Numbered from the stretch's first letter, positions 48,401-58,616 are shown. The stretch is 64,000 nt of DNA from Spirochaetae bacterium HGW-Spirochaetae-1 (GCA_002839375.1 PGXY01000002.1:106764-170763), one strand, 5' to 3'. Translations and numbers: made by a program. Notes: a model not told the origin generated them from the letters alone.

Positions 48401-49918
48401 GCGCTGAGGCGAATGGAAACCCATGGCCAGGATCATTCATTCCCCGATGAGAATACTCCTGACACCGATGATCTGCTGCGCCAATGGATTTCATTTTACG
48501 GGCCCCTGGACAGGGATTATATCATTCGTTGTACCGGTATTGATGAATCAATACTGAACCTCTCTCTGTCAAGGCTTCTGGACGACGAGGAGATCGTAAT
48601 AGATTTTTTGCGGGAAGGAACCGTTCCCGAGGAAGTCTGTTACCGCGACAACCTGGAGATGCTCCTCCGGATAATCCGGCGCTCAAGGAAAGTTGAATTT
48701 CAGGTACGTGATGTGGAAGATCTGCAGGAATTTCTGTTCCGGTTTCAGCGTTTCGGTGCGGGCAGCGGGTCCCTTGACGGTCTGACCCTGGTACTTGACA
48801 GGCTGCTGGGCTTTCCCGCCCCTGCAGCGGCCTGGGAGGAGTATATTCTTACGGCCCGTCTCGATCCCTATTTCTGTTCCTGGCTGGACAGCCTGATGCA
48901 GACCAGCGATTTGTGCTGGTACGGGTGCGGCAGGGAGAAGCTGGCCTTTACTTTTCGCGAGGATCTCGAATTGCTGCGGGGAGAGGGCTCCCCGGCAGCC
49001 GGCATGGATGATGCAGGGGCCCTGATGCCGGACCGGCGCGCCAGGTACGCCTTTTTTGACATTGTGAAGCATGCGGGCTGCGCATCGCAGGATGTGGCCC
49101 GGCGTCTGTGGGATCTGGCGTGGCAGGGGGCCGCGGCCAATGACACATTCGAAACCGTGAGAAAGGGGCTGCTAAACGGATTTGAAGCGGTCAACCATTC
49201 ACATGAAGCATCAAGGCCGCGCCGTGGCGATTTTAACCGATGGAAATCATCGCGTCCCCTGCCGGGAAGCTGGTATGCTTTTGAAACGCCACATGGCGAC
49301 TATGATGCCATGGAGCGAGCCGAGCTGGATAAGGAACGGGTTCGTCTTCTTCTGCGGAGATACGGTATCCTCTTCAGGGAGCTCCTTGAGCGGGAGATGC
49401 CGGCCCTGCGGTGGGGACCCGTCTTCAGGACGCTGCGCATCATGGAGCTTTCGGGAGAAATCGTTCCCGGTTATTTTTTTGCCGGGATAACGGGGCCGCA
49501 ATTCATGTCCCACGAGGGATTCCGGCTCCTCACCGGAGATGATTACGGAGAGTCAATATTCTGGTTCAACGCCGCTGATCCGGCATCGCTCTGCGGGATT
49601 AAGCTTGAAGGACTAAAAGAACCGTTTCCGCCACGGATGCGGTCCTCGTTCCTGGTCTTCCGCGGGAAGAAGATGATCATGATACTGAAAAGAAACGGCA
49701 GGGAAGTTGAAATAAAATGTCCCGACGATGATCCGCTGCTGCAGCAATATCTTGCCATATTTCGCATGCTCATGGAGCGCGATTTTAACCCGGTTAAAAA
49801 GATCAGCGTTGAACTGATCAACGGGATGAAAGCCGTTGAGAGCGTTTACAGAGAATCGTTCCGGCGGTTCGGATTTATGGATGACGGGATAACCCTGACC
49901 CTCAGAAGAAAATACTGA
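45440..49918 (+). CDS. lhr: Lhr-family ATP-dependent helicase, full length with C-terminal winged-helix/glycosylase-like region
   Basis: APTGSGKT, SPLKALNND, ITTPESL, ILDEIH, ALSAT, HHGALS, LELGIDIG, LQKVGRSGH; C-terminal LLRRYGI...MELSGEI..GYF..GITGPQF. Confidence 0.92.
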   Translation: MVSMDKNEDVFAAFHPLVKGWFLSRYGSPTDVQSRAWPFIAAGNHCLITAPTGSGKTLTAFLYAVNQVITGVWPRGNVRVLYVSPLKALNNDIGRNLMDPLDEISREFRSAGCAFPEIGVMTRSGDTAQDERRRMMRKPPEILITTPESLNILLTSKKGRGLFTGIATVILDEIHALAGTKRGTHLMTAVDRLVPLTGEFQRIALSATVKPLGRIAEFIGGYRAVGDSHYEKRPVTIIEAANEKKYQVRVSFPGEARGYMNGDAWWPALTRAIRGIIMSNESTLVFCNTRRMVEKVTRFINENEKSELAYSHHGALSREIRLVVEQRMKRGELKAIAATGTLELGIDIGKCDQVVLVQTPNTVSSALQKVGRSGHGIGRASRGTFLPIHGRDFISAAVMARAVMDGDIENVRPVENPLDVLAQVLLSMISAEQWDVDDLYAFFLTTWPYHNLQRRHFDLVMAMLEGRYAGARVKELKPRISLDRIDNTVSAGEGLRYHLYLSGGTIPDRGYFNLRVKDTKAKIGELDEEFVWERSVGETFTMGTQAWRIDAITHNDVEVIPARSKPGIIPFWKADEVNHDFHFSEKTALFLEEAESRVGEESWIDHLSEHYHMDQNAALELAEFLQLQKKVTGASLPHRHHLVVEYCEDPMHTSKERQVVLHTLWGGAVNTPFAMALAQAWEEAHNYRLEIFNDNNAVMLILPHEFSAAQLFELVTADTLEKLLHRRLGKSGLFGARFRENAARALLLPRSGFHRRMPLWLNRLKSKQLLDAVSKFEDFPILLETWRSCLDDEFDIDNLKMLLDEIGRGEIRISESHTIQASPFASGLVWRQTNKYMYDDDTPLTSGGSRFRESLIREISAASHLRPLVPQNIVDELTDKLQRTAPGYSPGNARELVDWVKERLLIPLHEWDRLVQAMTRDHDIEGGTLLEDIASRIIRVTLPGGGEISVCAVESVPVLAEAFNFSLDNTIFNDVFTGKECRDAVTAALRRMETHGQDHSFPDENTPDTDDLLRQWISFYGPLDRDYIIRCTGIDESILNLSLSRLLDDEEIVIDFLREGTVPEEVCYRDNLEMLLRIIRRSRKVEFQVRDVEDLQEFLFRFQRFGAGSGSLDGLTLVLDRLLGFPAPAAAWEEYILTARLDPYFCSWLDSLMQTSDLCWYGCGREKLAFTFREDLELLRGEGSPAAGMDDAGALMPDRRARYAFFDIVKHAGCASQDVARRLWDLAWQGAAANDTFETVRKGLLNGFEAVNHSHEASRPRRGDFNRWKSSRPLPGSWYAFETPHGDYDAMERAELDKERVRLLLRRYGILFRELLEREMPALRWGPVFRTLRIMELSGEIVPGYFFAGITGPQFMSHEGFRLLTGDDYGESIFWFNAADPASLCGIKLEGLKEPFPPRMRSSFLVFRGKKMIMILKRNGREVEIKCPDDDPLLQQYLAIFRMLMERDFNPVKKISVELINGMKAVESVYRESFRRFGFMDDGITLTLRRKY

Positions 49919-49927
49919 CAACTATCG

Positions 49928-51199
49928 TCAGGACTGTGATAGAATTCCCCGCGCTGCACGTATGCCCGAGGCCCAGGCCGCGGTGATGCCGCGGCTTGTG
50001 CCGGCGCCATCCCCAATCATGTATATGTGTTTTTTTGCCTGGAAATAGCGGTCAAGGAATTCCGGTTTGTTGCCGTACGTCTTGATTTCGGGATAATAAA
50101 TGATCGTTGAGGGGTGAAGTATCCCCGGTACGATGGTATCGAGCATTTTCATGGATTTCCAGAGACTTCGAAGTATTTTGGCCGGGACCGCCAGACTTAT
50201 GTCGCCGGGTGTGGCGCCTTTCAGTGTGGGCGCGAAATTATAAAGGTCGTCATTAAACGTTCCTGACTTGGAGCGCTTGCCAAGGCGAAAATCACCGATG
50301 CGCTGCATCATGGGCTGGCCGCCGCTGAGCTGCATGGCCATCTGGCCCAGGATATCGGCGAACTGGTGGCCGCTCACCACGGGGTCCGTGAGATTGATGG
50401 TCTTGAGCATGGCAAAGTTTATAAGACCGTTGGGTTTACGGTCCGTGGAAAAGGAATGTCCGTTTACCGAGTAGTAATGGTCATATTTTTCTTTTACGAT
50501 ATAGGCGGCGCCGGAATTGGTGCAGAAGGTGCGGACGTTTTCAGGGAACAGGAATTTCGGATCGTAATAGTCCTTTACAATAGGATAGTTATCCTCGCGG
50601 GCCTCTATCCTGACACCCACATCAACGATATTGTCGCGGTATGAAATTCCCAGTTTCTGCATGATGTACTGCAGCCACATGGCGCCGTTTCTTCCCGGGG
50701 CCAGAACCAGGTCTCCGTAGGAAAGGCTGCCGGGGGCCCGGGAAATGGAAATGGAGGCATTTCCGAAGTCAACGTCGGCAACCTCGGTTTCCAGGGAGAT
50801 ATCCACTCCCATGTCCCGCAATTTCCCCGTGAGGGAGGAGATGAGCTGTACGGATTTATCAGTACCCACATGGCACTGCTTTATGCGGACCAGTTCCACG
50901 CCCAGCTTTTCGGCCCGCCTGATATACACGTCGAGGTTCCTGCTTTCCTGGATATCGGGCTCCAGGTGGTGAGCCGTCTCCTCAAGCAGGGATTCCGCAT
51001 CATCGTGCTCCCAGAGTTCCTCGGGGAAACCTACGGGATAGGTGTAGTTCTGTTTGCAGTCATTGCGGAGGCCCCCGGTGCTGACACGAGCCTTGTCCAG
51101 CAGGAGTATGGACTTCCGTGAGTTTTCCGCCAGGTGAAAAGCCGTTCCCAGGCCCGAGGGACCGGACCCTGTTATAATTACATCGTAGGATTTTTTCAT
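49928..51199 (-). CDS. FAD/NAD(P)-dependent oxidoreductase (uncharacterised COG2509-like)
   Basis: GSGPSG dinucleotide-binding motif, LAPGRNG, DVGVRIE, RTFCTN, YPEIK and IGDGAGTSRGI. Confidence 0.85.
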   Translation of the reverse strand: MKKSYDVIITGSGPSGLGTAFHLAENSRKSILLLDKARVSTGGLRNDCKQNYTYPVGFPEELWEHDDAESLLEETAHHLEPDIQESRNLDVYIRRAEKLGVELVRIKQCHVGTDKSVQLISSLTGKLRDMGVDISLETEVADVDFGNASISISRAPGSLSYGDLVLAPGRNGAMWLQYIMQKLGISYRDNIVDVGVRIEAREDNYPIVKDYYDPKFLFPENVRTFCTNSGAAYIVKEKYDHYYSVNGHSFSTDRKPNGLINFAMLKTINLTDPVVSGHQFADILGQMAMQLSGGQPMMQRIGDFRLGKRSKSGTFNDDLYNFAPTLKGATPGDISLAVPAKILRSLWKSMKMLDTIVPGILHPSTIIYYPEIKTYGNKPEFLDRYFQAKKHIYMIGDGAGTSRGITAAWASGIRAARGILSQS

Positions 51200-51488
51200 G
51201 GATTTTTTCGCTCAAAGTCCTTAAATTTTTCTAGTATTTTATACTATAAACCGGGTGGCCGAATAATTCCAGCATTTAATATTGACGATGAAAAAACATG
51301 TTATTTCCGGGTAATGAAGGTATTCCGGATTTTATCCAGGCCATTATACTATTATCCTACACGCTGAAAAGTTGCTGGACATATGTTGCGCCCCCGGGCA
51401 TACAGCATTAATAGCGGGATGATATTCTTGAAATATCATCCGCCCATACTATGATTATGGCATATGTTTGATATTTAAGAAGGAAGAT

Positions 51489-54110
51489 ATGAAACAAACC
51501 GGTGAAAAGAGGATACTCAGAAGTGACTATAAGGAACCGAATTTTCTCATACCCCAAATCGATCTGACATTCAACCTCCATGACTCCAGTACCATGGTAA
51601 CCAATATGATGGAGATCATACGGAATGGTCATGGAAGCGATCCCCTGGTACTCAATGGGGAAAAACTGAAACTGCTCTCCGTGGAGATTGACGGCCGCAC
51701 CATGGATGCTTCAGAGTATGATGCCACGGAGGCTTCTCTGGTTATTACGGATGTCCCGGACCGGTTTACCCTGAAGCTGGCTACGGAAATAAATCCTCGT
51801 GATAACCAGGCTCTGGAGGGACTGTATAAATCGGGAAAGGTTTTCTGCACCCAGAACGAGCCCGAGGGATTCCGTAAAATCACCTTTTTCATCGATCGGC
51901 CCGATGTTATGAGCCGGTTTACTACTAAAATTATTGGCGACTCGAAAAGTTGTCCCGTCCTTCTGGCCAACGGCAACCTCGTTGAGGAGGTAAGCCTGGG
52001 CGACGGCAGACACTGGGTCAAATGGGAGGACCCCTTTCCCAAGCCGGCCTATCTCTTTGCCCTGGTGGCGGGGGACCTGGGACTGGTACGCGATAGCTTT
52101 ACCACCATGTCGGGGCGCACTGTCGATCTTCGCATCTACTGCGATCCCGGCAATGAATCCCGCTGTTATCACGCCATGGAGTCCCTGAAAAAGGCCATGA
52201 AGTGGGACGAGGAGCGTTTTGGTCTGGAATACGACCTGGATATCTACATGATCGTGGCTGTGGATACCTTTAACATGGGAGCCATGGAAAACAAGGGTCT
52301 CAATGTATTCAATTCACACTATGTTCTGGCCAACCCGGAAACGGCCACGGATACCAATTATCTCGGCATCGAGAGTGTCATCGCCCATGAGTATTTTCAC
52401 AACTGGACCGGGAACCGAGTTACTCTCAGGGACTGGTTTCAACTGACCCTGAAGGAGGGACTCACGGTATTCCGCGACCAGGAATTCTCCTCGGATATCC
52501 AGTCCAGGCCCGTGCAGAGAATCCTCGATGTCAACGGTCTGAGAACCGTTCAGTTCACCGAGGATGCCGGTCCCAACGCCCATCCCATCCGGCCCGACAG
52601 CTATCTGGAGATAAATAATTTTTATACGGCCACGGTCTATGAAAAGGGAGCCGAGGTCATCAGGATGATACATACCATCCTGGGAGAGGAGGGCTTTCAA
52701 AAGGGGATGTGGCGATATTTTGAGCTCCATGACGGTCATGCCGTGACCTGCGATGATTTTGTACATGCCATGGAATCAGCGACCGATACGGACCTGGCAC
52801 AGTTCAGGCTCTGGTACAGCCGGGCCGGGACGCCTGTCCTGGCCATTGAGACCGGATATGATCAGGAAAAAAGGCAGTATGCCATTACCGTGCGTCAGGA
52901 TATTCCCCGGGAGCAGAACCGGGAAGACACGGGCCCCATGCACATGCCCCTGGCCGTGGGACTTCTGGATGCCCGTGGCCGGGATATGCTGGGCGAAGAC
53001 GGTACGGTCGTGCTGCAGATAAGGGAGCGTGAGGAACGCTTTGTTTTCGAGGGAATAAATGAGAAGCCCGTGCCCTCGCTTAACAGGAACTTTTCCGCTC
53101 CGGTAAGAATCGATTATGCCTGGTCTCATGAAGAACTCAAACTTTTATTCATGCGCGACAGCGATGCCTTCAACCGGTGGGACGCGGGACAGGTAGTAAC
53201 CAGGGGAATCCTGAAGGACTATGTGACGGCCATTCAACGGGGAGTATCATGCTCCATGAACGAGGACATAGCCCCAGTCTTCGGGGCTATTATCGATGAT
53301 GAGGCTATGGATAAAAATTTCAAGGCCCTTATGCTGGAGCTCCCTTATGAATCAATCCTGGTGCAGGAGTACAGTCCCGTTGACTTTAATGCCATACATG
53401 AAGCACGGAATTGTCTCAGGCGGGAAATGGGATGTTCATTCAGAGACGGGTTTCACCGCATGTTCATGTCACTGGAAGGAAAAGGGGAATTTTCCCTGAG
53501 CATGGAGGCCATGGGGAAACGGGCTTTGCGCCTGCGCGCCCTGGACTATCTCGTTGAGACCGGTGAGGATGAATTTCTCGCGCTCTGTCACGATCTCTAT
53601 GAAAAAGCGGGAAACATGACCGATGCCCTGGGTGCACTCTCCCTGTTGGCCGGAACGGACAACTCCTACAGGGACAGAGCCCTGACGCATTTTTATGAAA
53701 AATGGAAACATGACCAGGTGGTTATTACCAAGTGGTTTTCCGTACAGTCCCTTTCGGGGCTTCCCGGGACGCTTGAGCGGGTGAAAGAGCTCGAGGCTGA
53801 TCCCGCCTATGACATTAAAGTCCCCAACCTGGTGCGTTCCGTTGTGGGAGCCTTTACCCAGAATCTGGTGAATTTTCATCATGAGTCGGGCAGCGGGTAT
53901 GTATATGCAGCGGACCGCATCATGGAGATCGATGCCTTCAATCCATCCATCTCATCAATGCTGGCCAAGGCCTTCAAGCTCTATCCCCGCGTGGATGCGG
54001 GAAGGAAAGAACACATGAAGCGGCAGCTGGAGCGCATAGCCGATCTCGGGGATCTTTCAAAAAACACCCGTGAGATCGTGGAGAAGACCCTGGAGAATTC
54101 CAGTTCCTGA
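51489..54110 (+). CDS. pepN: Aminopeptidase N (M1 family)
   Basis: TQNEPEGFRKIT, GAMENKGLN, HEYFHNWTGNRVT, LKEGLT, YEKGAE and PNLVRS. The likely start is ATG 51489 (track uses 51468). Confidence 0.96.
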   Translation: MKQTGEKRILRSDYKEPNFLIPQIDLTFNLHDSSTMVTNMMEIIRNGHGSDPLVLNGEKLKLLSVEIDGRTMDASEYDATEASLVITDVPDRFTLKLATEINPRDNQALEGLYKSGKVFCTQNEPEGFRKITFFIDRPDVMSRFTTKIIGDSKSCPVLLANGNLVEEVSLGDGRHWVKWEDPFPKPAYLFALVAGDLGLVRDSFTTMSGRTVDLRIYCDPGNESRCYHAMESLKKAMKWDEERFGLEYDLDIYMIVAVDTFNMGAMENKGLNVFNSHYVLANPETATDTNYLGIESVIAHEYFHNWTGNRVTLRDWFQLTLKEGLTVFRDQEFSSDIQSRPVQRILDVNGLRTVQFTEDAGPNAHPIRPDSYLEINNFYTATVYEKGAEVIRMIHTILGEEGFQKGMWRYFELHDGHAVTCDDFVHAMESATDTDLAQFRLWYSRAGTPVLAIETGYDQEKRQYAITVRQDIPREQNREDTGPMHMPLAVGLLDARGRDMLGEDGTVVLQIREREERFVFEGINEKPVPSLNRNFSAPVRIDYAWSHEELKLLFMRDSDAFNRWDAGQVVTRGILKDYVTAIQRGVSCSMNEDIAPVFGAIIDDEAMDKNFKALMLELPYESILVQEYSPVDFNAIHEARNCLRREMGCSFRDGFHRMFMSLEGKGEFSLSMEAMGKRALRLRALDYLVETGEDEFLALCHDLYEKAGNMTDALGALSLLAGTDNSYRDRALTHFYEKWKHDQVVITKWFSVQSLSGLPGTLERVKELEADPAYDIKVPNLVRSVVGAFTQNLVNFHHESGSGYVYAADRIMEIDAFNPSISSMLAKAFKLYPRVDAGRKEHMKRQLERIADLGDLSKNTREIVEKTLENSSS

Positions 54111-54147
54111 CGTAAGGGGAACAGGACGATTTGATACCGCGGTACGC

Positions 54148-55542
54148 TCACGCCTTTAGCATGGGAAGGGCCGCGGCCTGATCGTTCGTCTCCAGAATTG
54201 CCTTCAGCTCGTCGGACTGCTTTTTTAATAAATCCGATGAAGCAGCCAGCTGCTCGGAAAGCGATGCATTGGACTGTGACAGACTGTTGAGCTGTTCCAT
54301 GCCCACGGTGATCTGTTCAACGCCGTTATTCTGTTCCTCCGATGAATGGGTGATGGACTGGACCAGGTCGGCCGTTTCCTGGATATCCTTGACAATAGTC
54401 TTGATGAGATTTCCTGTTTTTTCCGCCAGGCTGACGCCGTTTCCCGCCAGTGAGCTTATTTCCTGCGATGCCGTCTGGCTTTTTTCCGCCAGTTTCCGGA
54501 CCTCGCCGGCCACAACGGAAAATCCCCGGCCGGCATCACCGGCCCTGGCCGCCTCAATGGCTGCATTGAGTGCCAGCAGATTGGTCTGGTAGGCAATATC
54601 CTCGATGAGCGTTATCCTCTGGTGGATTTTCCTGATGGCGTCATGCGTTTCGTCTACGGCCTTTCCGCCTTCCGCGGCCATTCGGGCAGTCCGGCCGGCG
54701 ATCTCGTTGGTTTTCTTCGAATTCTCCGTGTTCTGCTGGATGCTGGCACCGATCTCCTCCAGGGACGAGGTGATTTCTTCCAGGTTGGATGCCTGTTCGC
54801 TGGCTCCGGAGCTCAGGTCATCGGCTGACGCCGACACATCATCGGATGATGAGGATAAGAGTTCAGAAGTGCCGGCCACTCGCTTCAGTATTCCCGTGAT
54901 GATATTGTTCTGCTGCCGGTTTGTCTCCGATTCCTGTTCGGCCGAGGTTACGGCCGAACTGCTGATATACTGCATGGCCCGAAGTAAAATTAAAATGGCA
55001 ATCATGGAAAAGGCGCTTTCAATGGCTGCCATGCGGATGGGATCCTGAAGTTCTGGAGCTATTTTTGATTTTGCCAGTATAAAATAAACGATATCACTGA
55101 TAAAAAATGTTCCCACAACACCGGTCAGGATCGATGGGCTGGTGAGAAGAGCTGCCATGGCTATGACCATGTACATGAAATAGACCAAAGTAATGTATCC
55201 TTCGGCAGGAGCATAAGAGAGTTTGGAAAAGAATCCCCCTGTAATGATCAGTGTATTGAATATGGTCATGATGTTTGCCGCCAGAGTATAGCGGCCCCGT
55301 ATCAGGATGAAGAGGGATAGAACCGTTGCAATAACATCGAGAAACAGCGTGATGAACTGAGGGGCCTTGAGAGTGCCGCTGGTAACAAGGGTTAGCATCA
55401 ATAACGCCTGCACCACTATCATAAAAAGACATACATAAAAAAGGGCTACGGCTCTTTTTTTAACGAACACGCCCTTATCTTCATATGCTGATAACAGGCT
55501 TTTACGTATGCTTGTATTGATTCCCATGTTTTTCTCCTTCAC
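54148..55542 (-). CDS. Methyl-accepting chemotaxis protein with 6TM N-terminus
   Basis: [15 protein letters not shown] and [41 protein letters not shown]. Confidence 0.93.
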   Translation of the reverse strand: MKEKNMGINTSIRKSLLSAYEDKGVFVKKRAVALFYVCLFMIVVQALLMLTLVTSGTLKAPQFITLFLDVIATVLSLFILIRGRYTLAANIMTIFNTLIITGGFFSKLSYAPAEGYITLVYFMYMVIAMAALLTSPSILTGVVGTFFISDIVYFILAKSKIAPELQDPIRMAAIESAFSMIAILILLRAMQYISSSAVTSAEQESETNRQQNNIITGILKRVAGTSELLSSSSDDVSASADDLSSGASEQASNLEEITSSLEEIGASIQQNTENSKKTNEIAGRTARMAAEGGKAVDETHDAIRKIHQRITLIEDIAYQTNLLALNAAIEAARAGDAGRGFSVVAGEVRKLAEKSQTASQEISSLAGNGVSLAEKTGNLIKTIVKDIQETADLVQSITHSSEEQNNGVEQITVGMEQLNSLSQSNASLSEQLAASSDLLKKQSDELKAILETNDQAAALPMLKA

Positions 55543-55714
55543 TCAATCGATGCAAAAGGTGTGTTTTTAGTTGCCGCAGAAACTTTACCGGATATTTTAA
55601 ATTTTGTAAAACAGAAAATTTATTTTTGCGGAAAATATACGGATAATAGTGCAGGAATGATAATAGATAAAAATCATGCCGCACTCCAAAAAAGTGCGGC
55701 ATGATAGGCAGGGA

Positions 55715-56167
55715 TCAATTACAATTGAAATGATTTCCCAACTTTTTCATTTTTTCCACGACCTGTTTCTGCTGCTTCGTATCGAGCATGTTATAGAACT
55801 GCAGGAAGCGGTCGGCATACTTGTCGAAAAGAGCCGGCATATTTTCATGTTTTTTCTTTGCCGCGGCTACCAGGTATGCCATGTCGGGCTTCTCCTTGTT
55901 CAGCTCCTCCATGGCTTCATCAAGCGATTTTATCCTGTCGTCGCGTATTTTTATAATATCCTGGCGTACCTCTTCGCGCAGGCCGTTGTAGAATTGCTGC
56001 TGTGACGCGTTCAGTTCCAGTTTTGCCACATGGTTGTCCATGCGTTTCAGGACCTTGTCGGGGAAATTGTCGCCGCAGTGCCGTCCGTTATGATGGCATG
56101 AAGAGAAAAGAAGCCCCGCAGAAACAAGGGCGATGACGGTGAGGAAAAGTGTTTTTGGTTTTGACAT
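55715..56167 (-). CDS. Spy/CpxP family periplasmic chaperone-like lipoprotein
   Basis: Lipobox FSSC; LELNASQQQF and C-terminal FYNMLDTKQQKQV (LTxxQ-type motifs). The likely start is ATG 56167 (track uses 56245). Confidence 0.75.
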   Translation of the reverse strand: MSKPKTLFLTVIALVSAGLLFSSCHHNGRHCGDNFPDKVLKRMDNHVAKLELNASQQQFYNGLREEVRQDIIKIRDDRIKSLDEAMEELNKEKPDMAYLVAAAKKKHENMPALFDKYADRFLQFYNMLDTKQQKQVVEKMKKLGNHFNCN

Positions 56168-56289
56168 GGCTGTCTCCTTTTTTAACTTGATATCTTTAAT
56201 GAACTGCCTACAATGTTGTTTCATTGCGTCAGTCATTTCAGTCAATATAGGGTACAGATGTTAAATAAGTTATTCGCCGTCGGCTTGAA

Positions 56290-56308
56290 TGTAAAAAGAT
56301 TGTAAAAA
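56290..56308. promoter_or_regulatory. OmpR/CpxR-type tandem direct-repeat binding site
   Basis: tgtaaaaa at 56290 and 56301 (11-bp period; GTAAA-N6-GTAAA) between the divergent cpxP-like and regulator genes. Confidence 0.5.
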
Positions 56309-56329
56309 AGAACACGGCGAACGAATTTT

Positions 56330-57070
56330 TTGAGTACATTCTTTATGATTATGAATAGTGGAACAGAACAGGATAAAAGGGTCCTCATTGTTGATGACGA
56401 TGTGAAGCTTCAGAAACTTCTCCGGCAATACCTGGAGGACTTCGGCTTTTCCGTGATGTCCCTCAAGACAGCCTCGGGGGTTTTGCAGGCCATTGAGGAG
56501 AACAGTCCCCATATCCTCATTCTCGATATTATGCTGCCGGACCGGGATGGCTTCGATGTACTGCGCGATGTACGGCAGAGGTACGGTCTTCCCGTCATCA
56601 TGCTCACGGCGCGCGGCGAGGACACGGACCGAATCATTGGCCTGGAACTGGGCGCAGATGATTATCTCCCCAAGCCATTCAATCCCCGGGAACTTCTGGC
56701 CCGCATGAAGGCCGTCATGCGGAGGGCTCAGCCCGGAGGGAACCCCGAAAAGGGAAGGGAGGCGGATAACATAACAGCCGGGGAACTCACACTGGACAGG
56801 GCCTCCCATATGCTGCGCGGCAGTGACGGGGAACTGGAGCTTTCCATCACGGAATATCGTATTCTGGAACTGCTGATGCTGAAAAAAAATACGGTTCTAT
56901 CGCGTGATGAAATCATGAACTATGCCCGGGGAAGGGATTTTATCGCCTTCGAACGGAGTATCGATGTACATATCAGCAAACTCCGGTCTAAAGTGGACTT
57001 ATTGAAAGGAAATAAAAATTGCATAAAGACCATGTGGGGATCTGGATACATGTTTGTCCATAAAGAGTAA
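56330..57070 (+). CDS. OmpR/CpxR family response regulator
   Basis: VLIVDDD, ILDIMLP, MLTARGEDTDRIIGLELGADDYLPKPFNPRELLAR and RSIDVHISKLR. Confidence 0.95.
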   Translation: MSTFFMIMNSGTEQDKRVLIVDDDVKLQKLLRQYLEDFGFSVMSLKTASGVLQAIEENSPHILILDIMLPDRDGFDVLRDVRQRYGLPVIMLTARGEDTDRIIGLELGADDYLPKPFNPRELLARMKAVMRRAQPGGNPEKGREADNITAGELTLDRASHMLRGSDGELELSITEYRILELLMLKKNTVLSRDEIMNYARGRDFIAFERSIDVHISKLRSKVDLLKGNKNCIKTMWGSGYMFVHKE

Positions 57071-57073
57071 ACC

Positions 57074-58495
57074 ATGAGAACGGGAAGGCTTTATATAAAG
57101 ATATTTGTTTCTTTCATGGTCCTTCTCCTGATCATGGAATTCTTAATATTTGCCGCCTTCAGGCTGATATTGGGGAATCCCTTTCACGAACGCTTTGAAC
57201 AGTACGTGAATGCCGGGAGTCTGATCATCGGAACCCTGACGGAAGAGGCTCTGACCCTTCCTGGACGTGATCCGGAGAATCCCTATCCAAAACTACGCGA
57301 TCTTTTTACTGAACTGGATAGCCGGTACGGCCTCATGGTTTGGATCGAATCGGGCGGTAAATATATTGTGAAATCCTTCCAGGGAGAGCCGTCTTTCATG
57401 ACACCGGCCCACAGGTCTATAGAAAGGGAGAATTACCGGGTTTCATGGGGAAAGAGAAACGAGAATATCCATATGATTCTTCCTCTTAAAACGGCAACAA
57501 TTGCCAATGCCTCTCTCCATTTATACTACGCACGCCGCGGGGTCAGAGCCTTCGAAAGGGATTTTGCCCTTGCCCTGGCCTTTCTGGGCCTTATAATGGC
57601 GCTTCTCATATTTCCCCTTTCCCGATACATCACGGAACCTCTGAAAAAATTGAAGGCATCGGCTCTCAGGATATCCTGGGGGCGCCTGCAGGAGAGGGTG
57701 CAGGTGCGGGGGAGGGATGAAATAGGTGAACTGGCCGACGCCTTTAATACCATGGCCGAAAAGCTGGAATATATGGTCACGGGGACGAAAATGCTCACGG
57801 CCCATATCTCCCACGAACTGCGTTCTCCCCTGGCCAGGATACGCATTGCCGGGGAACTGCTCGAAGATCGTCTGAAGGGAAACAATACAGGGGCATGTCT
57901 TCCGCTCCTGGAAACGATTAAAGAAGAGATTCAGGATATGGATACGCTCATCGGCCGGATATTGCAGCTGACGAAGATGGATATTCATGGCGCCGAATCA
58001 ATGGAACAATCCTTCGATGCGGCAGCCATGGCCAGGGATGCGGTGAAGCGTTTTGAACCGGTGTTGGAAAGTAGAAGCCTTCATTTCAGTCTTGATATTC
58101 CTGAAGTGCAATTTCTCATGACGGGTGATCCCGATGATATAAAGACTGCATTTAACAACATTATTGACAATGCCGTGAAGTATTCACCCCCCGGGAGCTC
58201 AATACAGATGGAAATGAAGAGAGCGGGAGATGGCATGACGCTCACCGTGAAAAATGACACCCTTTCTCCCGTGGGCACTGATCCGGAAAAACTCCTGCAA
58301 CCCTTCCAGAGAGGAAAGAATGCCGATATACCGGGATACGGGCTGGGACTGGCCATCGTTCAAAAAATTGTGGAAAACCATGGAGGGGCTCTGACCCTCT
58401 ACTGGCGGGAGAACCGTTTTGAGATTTATCTTTCCTTTCCTCTGGAAGCAGTGAACAATGGAAACTCATACAGATACAGAAATGCGGGGAAATAA
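57074..58495 (+). CDS. HAMP-domain sensor histidine kinase (CpxA-like)
   Basis: Two TM helices, HAMP DEIGELADAFN, ISHELRSPLARI, NIIDNAVKY, PFQRG and GLGLAIV. Confidence 0.94.
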   Translation: MRTGRLYIKIFVSFMVLLLIMEFLIFAAFRLILGNPFHERFEQYVNAGSLIIGTLTEEALTLPGRDPENPYPKLRDLFTELDSRYGLMVWIESGGKYIVKSFQGEPSFMTPAHRSIERENYRVSWGKRNENIHMILPLKTATIANASLHLYYARRGVRAFERDFALALAFLGLIMALLIFPLSRYITEPLKKLKASALRISWGRLQERVQVRGRDEIGELADAFNTMAEKLEYMVTGTKMLTAHISHELRSPLARIRIAGELLEDRLKGNNTGACLPLLETIKEEIQDMDTLIGRILQLTKMDIHGAESMEQSFDAAAMARDAVKRFEPVLESRSLHFSLDIPEVQFLMTGDPDDIKTAFNNIIDNAVKYSPPGSSIQMEMKRAGDGMTLTVKNDTLSPVGTDPEKLLQPFQRGKNADIPGYGLGLAIVQKIVENHGGALTLYWRENRFEIYLSFPLEAVNNGNSYRYRNAGK

Positions 58496-58616
58496 ACCCG
58501 GCCAAGAACGATTTTCTTACCGGGATTGCCAATTCCTGCTCATTTTTTGAAAAGGCGGAACAGGAACTGCCCCTGGGACTGGAAAGAAATTTTTTTTAAT
58601 ATTTTACAGTGTTTGG

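Noticed and set aside
48779-48788. Weak motif variants (ggtctgaccc at 48779, ggttcagagc at 31419, cagagccc at 25064 and near 31656)
   Set aside because: Short or mismatched matches expected by chance; not counted.
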